A stretch of 10,490 nucleotides of DNA from Octopus sinensis (Eukaryota): the NCBI RefSeq assembly GCF_006345805.1, contig NW_021827383.1, positions 1 through 10,490 of the forward strand, given 5' to 3'. Below, in pieces: positions 9,095 through 10,490 of the stretch (the first letter of the stretch is position 1; every line of letters begins with the position of its first letter). The position numbers and the translations under genes are program-made. The notes beneath the pieces are model-generated. The model made no database searches. It was not told the origin of the DNA and saw only the letters and a list, made by a program, of their open reading frames with translations.

Positions 9095-9840
9095 CTGTGT
9101 TTGTCCCCCTAGCATTGCTTGACAACCGATGGATGATGTGTTTATGTCCCCGTTACTTAGCGGTTCGGCAAAAGAGACCGATAGAATAAGCATTCGGGGC
9201 TTACAAAAGAATAAGTCCCGGGGTCGAGTTGCTCGATTAAAGGCGGTGCTCCAGCATGGCCGCAGTAAAATGACTGAAACAAGTAAAAGAGTAAAAGAGT
9301 ATCTTAAAAAAACAATTTGGGTAAAACTTTGACCTGAAGAGAGAAGGGCGAAGCAAACCATTTAATTTCGCACTTTCTAGATTTTGATTATTTGGTCTGA
9401 TTAGATTGGTTGGGGATATAGGGTGTATATTTATGTGAATTCCTAAATGCCATGTTATTAATTCGGGCCTCATTCATACAGTGTTTTTTAATCGGGTTAC
9501 CTAAATCGGGGTTCGTATTACAAGATTGTGAGCCAGTTCCATTCAAGATATTTGCAATTTTGCTTTTAAGAATTGTATCAGGGATATCAAATATTTCTGT
9601 CTTAAAACCAATTAACTTTAAGGCTTGGTTATAATATGGAGAATGAGTGTTAAATATCCCTTCGTCCACCATTAAGTTTGAGATTCTTATTGAGATAGCC
9701 GTTACCATACCATCGGGGGTTGATCTACGATAATCCCTGGGAGGGATTAATTTCATTTTCTCTGTGGATAGTGGAGATTAGTTTTATGATTAAGTGTGGG
9801 GTCTAAAAAATTAGGTATCTTAAGATTATTTCAAACAGAA
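8640..9840 (-). pseudogene. Decayed Penelope-like retroelement ORF fragment (C-terminal RT/thumb and linker toward GIY-YIG), with stops, frameshifts and a SINE insertion
   Basis: Hand translation gives NLKIPNFLDPTLNHKTNLHYPQRK (NFLD at 9812-9801), ISIRISNLMVDEGIFNTHSPYYNQALKLIGF (ORF 9388-9756), SRKCEIKWFASPFSLQVK (WFASPFS 9360-9340) and, beyond the SINE, FPKNHKYYPIFNKSSAKLSY*TTPNLGSVLASINR (from ~8855). These match, in order, the PLE motifs NFLDVTL, RISxLSxxExIF..Y..AL..G, RxIIWFNPPFS and HFPxxHxLxKIFNxxxxKxSYSxxPN as I recall them. Confidence 0.85.
8867..9301 (+). mobile_element. tRNA-derived CORE-like SINE (family C), full length, inserted in the PLE
   Basis: A-box-like TGTCTGTGTGG (8878-8888), B-box GGTTCAGTCCC (8921-8931), CACCTTGGGCAAGTG (8941-8955, resembles the CORE/MIR core), internal (TA)n(TG)n, (GTAAAAGA)n tail. 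Confidence 0.9.
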
Positions 9841-9848
9841 TATTTAAA

Positions 9849-10269
9849 TTACTCTCTCTTTCACTCTTTTACTTGGTTCAGTCATTTGACTGCGGCCATG
9901 CTGGAGCACCGCCTTTAGTCGAACAAATCGACCCTGGGACTTAATTTTTTTGTAAGCCCAGTACTTATTCTATCGGTTTCTTTTGCCGAACCGCTAAGTG
10001 ACGGCGACATAAACACACCAGCATCGGTTGTCAAGCAATGCTAGGGGGACAAACATAGACACACAAACATACACGCACACACACACATATATATATACAT
10101 ATATACGACGGGCTTCTTTCAGTTTCCGTCTACCAACTTCACTCACAAGGCTTTGGTTGGCCCGAGGCTATAGTTGAAGACACTTGCCCAAGGTGCCACG
10201 CAGTGGGACTGAACTCGGAACCATGTGGTTGGTAAGCAAGCTACTTACCACACAGCCACTCCTATGCCT
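9849..10269 (-). mobile_element. tRNA-derived CORE-like SINE (family C), full length
   Basis: Reverse complement of 8867-9301 along its length; tail abuts the 5' side of the PLE fragment. Confidence 0.9.
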
Positions 10270-10490
10270 GTATGCATATATACGACGGGCTTCTTTCAGT
10301 TTCCGTCTACCAAATTCACTCACAAGGCTTTGGTCGGCCCGAGGCTATAGTAGATGACACTTGCCCAAGGTGCCACGCAGTGGGACTGAACCCAGAACCA
10401 TGTGGTTGGTAAGCAAGCTACTTACCACATAGCCCCTCCTATGCCTATATACATATATACGACGGACTTCTTTCAGTTTCCGTCTACCAA
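10106..10490 (-). repeat. 177-bp tandem array of the SINE-C head (tRNA + CORE part), running off the window
   Basis: cgacgg(g/a)cttctttcagtttccgtctaccaa starts at 10106, 10283 and 10460. Confidence 0.9.

Overview
AT-rich, microsatellite-dense eukaryotic (metazoan) non-coding DNA with no intact host gene. The repeat families look like those of an octopus or related cephalopod; this is recognition from memory, not verified. Nearly all supplied ORFs are translations of (TA)n/(CA)n/(TATG)n tracts. The real content is a layered set of mobile elements: (1) three tRNA-derived SINE families, including one copy with a 72-bp flanking duplication and one with a 177-bp tandem array of its head; (2) two non-autonomous Helitrons with a variable ~99-bp internal minisatellite, one of which splits the terminal inverted repeat of a MITE-like element; (3) a decayed Penelope-like retroelement (PLE) RT-to-linker coding fragment on the minus strand (~8640-9840), interrupted by a SINE. 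The most interesting signal is several distinct minimal hammerhead-ribozyme-like folds: 7888-7930 at the tip of a ~140-nt rod, a mirrored pair inside a 156-bp palindrome at 7533-7688, and remnants at 901-980 and 4077-4102. All appear mutated at catalytic positions in these copies. A CpG-rich island with clustered YY1-like motifs (1800-2170) is the only candidate host regulatory element.
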